From NCBI GenBank assembly GCA_050011875.1, contig JBEKIG010000007.1:1-64000 (forward strand): a stretch of 64,000 bases of DNA, in the 5' to 3' direction. The translations under genes were made by a program, and so were the position numbers. The DNA comes from Nitrososphaeria archaeon (GTDB taxonomy: Archaea > Thermoproteota > Nitrososphaeria > JACIWG01). Under the pieces are notes generated by a model. The model worked only from the letters and a program-made list of their open reading frames with translations, did not search any database and had not been told where the DNA came from. Positions 60,855 through 64,000 of this stretch are shown one piece after another. Each line of letters starts with the position of its first letter. Within the stretch, counting starts at the first letter, position 1.

Positions 60855-62029
60855 TGGTTATGCCCAATAAAAGAGAAGTGGCAATAATATCCGCTGCCGC
60901 AACAAAATGTGGAGAACACTGGGATAAAGGGATAAAGGATCTTGCTTGGGAAGCAGGTGTAAAAGCAGTTGATGAAGCAGGAATAAGCGGCAAGGACATA
61001 GAATACCTTGTCGTAGGAAACATGTCAGGAGGAATGTTCGTCGGACAGGAACACATAGGCGCCTTAGTAGCTGATTTCCTAGGATTAAACCCAATTCCTT
61101 CGCTTAGAGTAGAAGCAGCGTGTGCTTCAGGTGGAATCGCATTCTCACAGGGCTGCCTTGCCGTAGCCTCAGGGCTCTATGATATAGTTGCAGTCGGAGG
61201 AGTAGAGAAAATGACAGACGTTGAACCTGAGCAGGCGACAAGTGTCCTTTCAGGAGCAATGGACTTCGAATGGGAAGCCTATTTTGGAGCTACCTTTCCA
61301 GGGTTATATGCACTTATGGCCAAAAGATACATGTACGAGTACAACGTTAAAATTGAAACGCTAGCTAATGTTGCAGTCAAAAACCACTTCCACGGTAGCC
61401 TTAATCCTTTAGCTCATTTTAGAAACAGGATAACAGTAGAGGAGGCTTTAATATCGCCAATGGTCGCAGACCCTTTAAGAAAGTACGATTGTAGCCCGGT
61501 ATCTGATGGAGCAGCGGTAGCAATACTTGCACCTTTAGAAATTGCAAAAAAGTACACGGACACTCCAATAATTGTTAAGGCAAGTGTTCCGGCTTCAGAC
61601 ACACTAAGTCTTCTAAAAAGGAGGGACATTTGCACAATAGACGCGACCGTCTATGCGGCAAACAAGGCATTCCAACTTGCGCATATGGAAAGGAAAGACA
61701 TCGATGCCGTAGAAGTACATGACTGCTTCACAATAGCAGAGCTTCTAGCAATCGAGGATCTAGGCTTCTGTAAGAAAGGAGAGGCGTCGAAGATGGTTAA
61801 CGAAGGACAGACATATGTAGGAGGGAAGTTTCCAGTAAACATGGACGGTGGACTGAAGGCATCAGGACATCCCGTAGGAGCAACCGGTGTTAAGCAGATA
61901 GCGGAACTCGTCAAACAATTAAGAGGAGAGGCTGAGAGGGGAAGACAGGTTAATGGGGCTGAAGTAGGACTAGCGCACAATGTCGGAGGCTCAGGAGGAA
62001 CTGCTGTTGTCACAATCTTGTCGAGGTAA
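60851..62029 (+). CDS. Acetoacetyl-CoA thiolase (archaeal)
   Basis: [31 protein letters not shown]. Confidence 0.94.
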   Translation: MMVMPNKREVAIISAAATKCGEHWDKGIKDLAWEAGVKAVDEAGISGKDIEYLVVGNMSGGMFVGQEHIGALVADFLGLNPIPSLRVEAACASGGIAFSQGCLAVASGLYDIVAVGGVEKMTDVEPEQATSVLSGAMDFEWEAYFGATFPGLYALMAKRYMYEYNVKIETLANVAVKNHFHGSLNPLAHFRNRITVEEALISPMVADPLRKYDCSPVSDGAAVAILAPLEIAKKYTDTPIIVKASVPASDTLSLLKRRDICTIDATVYAANKAFQLAHMERKDIDAVEVHDCFTIAELLAIEDLGFCKKGEASKMVNEGQTYVGGKFPVNMDGGLKASGHPVGATGVKQIAELVKQLRGEAERGRQVNGAEVGLAHNVGGSGGTAVVTILSR

Positions 62030-62039
62030 GGATGATTAG

Positions 62040-62474
62040 ATGAGCACTACAGCTGCACACTGGAGAAGAATGAAGGATAGGTACAGGTTACTTGGGTCAA
62101 AATGTGAAACATGTGGTACAACATTTTTTCCGGCAACAAAGGTCTGCTCGAAATGCAGAAGAAAAGGAAAGACAGTTCCAATCGAATTCTCTGGGAAGGG
62201 CAGGATATTCAGCTATACGATCCAGCATGCGGCCCCTAGGATGTTCGAACAGCACACACCGTCAATCATAGCACTGGTGGAGCTGGATGAGGGACCTAAA
62301 GTGTTATCTCAGATTGTAGACTGCGAACATAATGAGCTAAGAATAGGAATGGAAGTTGAAGCATGCTTTAGAAAACTCTTCGAACAGGATAGAGGCGGAA
62401 TAATAAGCTATGGCTTCAAGTTCAGACCACTAGACAATTCTTGGACAAAATACTATGAGGCAAAAAAAGAATAA
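62040..62474 (+). CDS. DUF35 Zn-ribbon/OB-fold scaffold of the thiolase-HMGS complex
   Basis: CETCG...CSKC, YGFKF; follows thiolase. Confidence 0.92.
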   Translation: MSTTAAHWRRMKDRYRLLGSKCETCGTTFFPATKVCSKCRRKGKTVPIEFSGKGRIFSYTIQHAAPRMFEQHTPSIIALVELDEGPKVLSQIVDCEHNELRIGMEVEACFRKLFEQDRGGIISYGFKFRPLDNSWTKYYEAKKE

Positions 62475-62614
62475 GAACTTTCATTTTTACATAAATTTTT
62501 ATCATATAATTTTTATATTGTACTGTCTTACTAAGTCATACCATCTAACTTCATTTACATGTGCAGGCTTTAATTGTTTAAGATTAAAATAATTCATATC
62601 GCTGTTCCTCAACG

Positions 62615-63430
62615 ATGGAACCATCATCAATCGACGTCATAATGTTAACTAAAAACAGTATCAAACCATGTCTAATTGAATGTTTAGATTCACTATACAA
62701 AGGTATACCTATGAATAACTTAATAGTAGTTGATGGAGGAAGTACCGACGGAACATTAGAGCTTCTATCAAATTATCCAAGAATAAGACTTCTTATGGAT
62801 GAAAAAGGAAATAGAGCGACGTCAAGACAAATTGGCATAAATAATGTAACAACAGATTGGTTCATGTTTATAGATAGCGATGTCATATTATGTGATAAAT
62901 GGTTTGACTTAGTGAAAAAGTATCTTGACAGACCATCCATTGGTGCAATCTGGGGCGCAGCACTCCAAAGAGCAGAAGCTTACCAAATACGATACTCTAC
63001 CATGGCAAAACTCTATGGCAAAGATGAAGAATGGATCGCCGTAAGAGCAGGACAACTTAGAGGATTAACTCATGACACTATCATAAGAAGGAAAGCTATA
63101 GAAGGAATAAAAATTCCAACAAACCTGCATGTACTAGAAGATCATTATATCCGGTTGTACGTTGAAGGCAAAGGATATAAGTGGATTTCTACAAATAGGC
63201 CTTTTTGCTATCACATAGCTAATGAAAGAGAACGTCCAAAAGATTGGTATATTTTTGGACAAGCCTCTAAAACACTAGGCCTAGTCAAATCTAAGAATAT
63301 AATTATGTATATACTGTTAGGGCCATACAAGTCCTTATTGATATACTTAAACAGCAGAAATTGGGGTGCTGCTAAAACACAATACCTAACTTACATATAC
63401 ATAATCAAAGGATGGTTTAATCCAACCTAA
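62615..63430 (+). CDS. Family 2 glycosyltransferase
   Basis: VVDGGSTDGT, FIDSD, EDH. Confidence 0.88.
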   Translation: MEPSSIDVIMLTKNSIKPCLIECLDSLYKGIPMNNLIVVDGGSTDGTLELLSNYPRIRLLMDEKGNRATSRQIGINNVTTDWFMFIDSDVILCDKWFDLVKKYLDRPSIGAIWGAALQRAEAYQIRYSTMAKLYGKDEEWIAVRAGQLRGLTHDTIIRRKAIEGIKIPTNLHVLEDHYIRLYVEGKGYKWISTNRPFCYHIANERERPKDWYIFGQASKTLGLVKSKNIIMYILLGPYKSLLIYLNSRNWGAAKTQYLTYIYIIKGWFNPT

Positions 63431-63507
63431 TTTTAACAGATTATCTTAAGAGTATGATAAGCTTAAACGTCGATTGTTCCTGTTATCAAGGTCAATAAGC
63501 ATAGTGG

Positions 63508-64000
63508 TTACGACTTAAAAGATTGTGGTCTTGATTCTTTTCCCGATATTTTATAGAGGATATAGCCATAAGAGATAGCCACCCCTGGCAATAAATAATA
63601 AATGAAACTAACGAAGCCATATAGGCGGTTACGTTTTGCCTTAAAAATGTGGTATACCAATAGAGGTATGAAGTATAAGAGAGCAATGGGCCAATAGAAG
63701 AAAGAAACGATAAGTACGAAGGGCAGAAAGAAATAAATAATTAGCCTAAAGTAGTGTGTTCTAGAACGTGTGCCCAAGAATCCATCATAGATACGGGGCA
63801 TTTGTCTAAAGCAATATTTGACATATTTAAGATAATTGAGTCTTTTGGTTGTAGCCACATAACCCCTCGAATGCTTAAAAACTTCGGGCTTAAGATGTAT
63901 ACAATGGGTTCGACTATCTGCCACCGTCTTAAGCTTTGCCCCTTTAACTCGTAAGAAGAATTCAGTATCTTCGGAATAGTCCATTTTCTCGTCGAATCCT
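63508..64000 (-). CDS. Family 2 glycosyltransferase, C-terminal part (5' end outside window)
   Basis: GFDEKMDYSEDTEFFLR followed by TM helices. Confidence 0.75.
   Translation of the reverse strand, partial: GFDEKMDYSEDTEFFLRVKGAKLKTVADSRTHCIHLKPEVFKHSRGYVATTKRLNYLKYVKYCFRQMPRIYDGFLGTRSRTHYFRLIIYFFLPFVLIVSFFYWPIALLYFIPLLVYHIFKAKRNRLYGFVSFIYYLLPGVAISYGYILYKISGKESRPQSFKS

Noticed and set aside
59811-62474. HMGS-thiolase-DUF35 cluster as a novel system
   Set aside because: Known archaeal mevalonate-entry channelling complex.

Overview
Archaeal chromosomal window, most likely from a basal non-ammonia-oxidising member of Nitrososphaeria/Thaumarchaeota (TACK). This is inferred from the divergent FtsZ, thermosome, the aIF2b-aIF1A-RIO1-Dim2-topoVI cluster, the HMGS-thiolase-DUF35 trio and tRNAs with D-loop introns. 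It holds about 55 intact CDS, 8 tRNA genes (3 with introns, 2 of them at non-canonical positions) and several eroded genes: nadA and AOR hollowed out by internal deletions, rpe, a transketolase/CBS deletion scar, and a PD-(D/E)XK nuclease. A bacterial-type pentose-phosphate operon (tkt, tal-pgi, gnd, zwf) sits between two inward-facing tRNA-Arg genes. The most striking unexplained signal is a pair of homologous non-coding elements, each exactly 170 bp and inverted relative to each other (38773-38942 and 53560-53729). They share box spacing and a gap-free conserved 60-bp core, show copy-specific covariation and strand-consistent G-U pairs, and each has a GC-rich hairpin on the same side. Other candidates are a CysRS paralogue with a remodelled Zn site and a ribophorin-I-like membrane protein. 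All calls come from reading the sequence and recalled family motifs; no searches were run.
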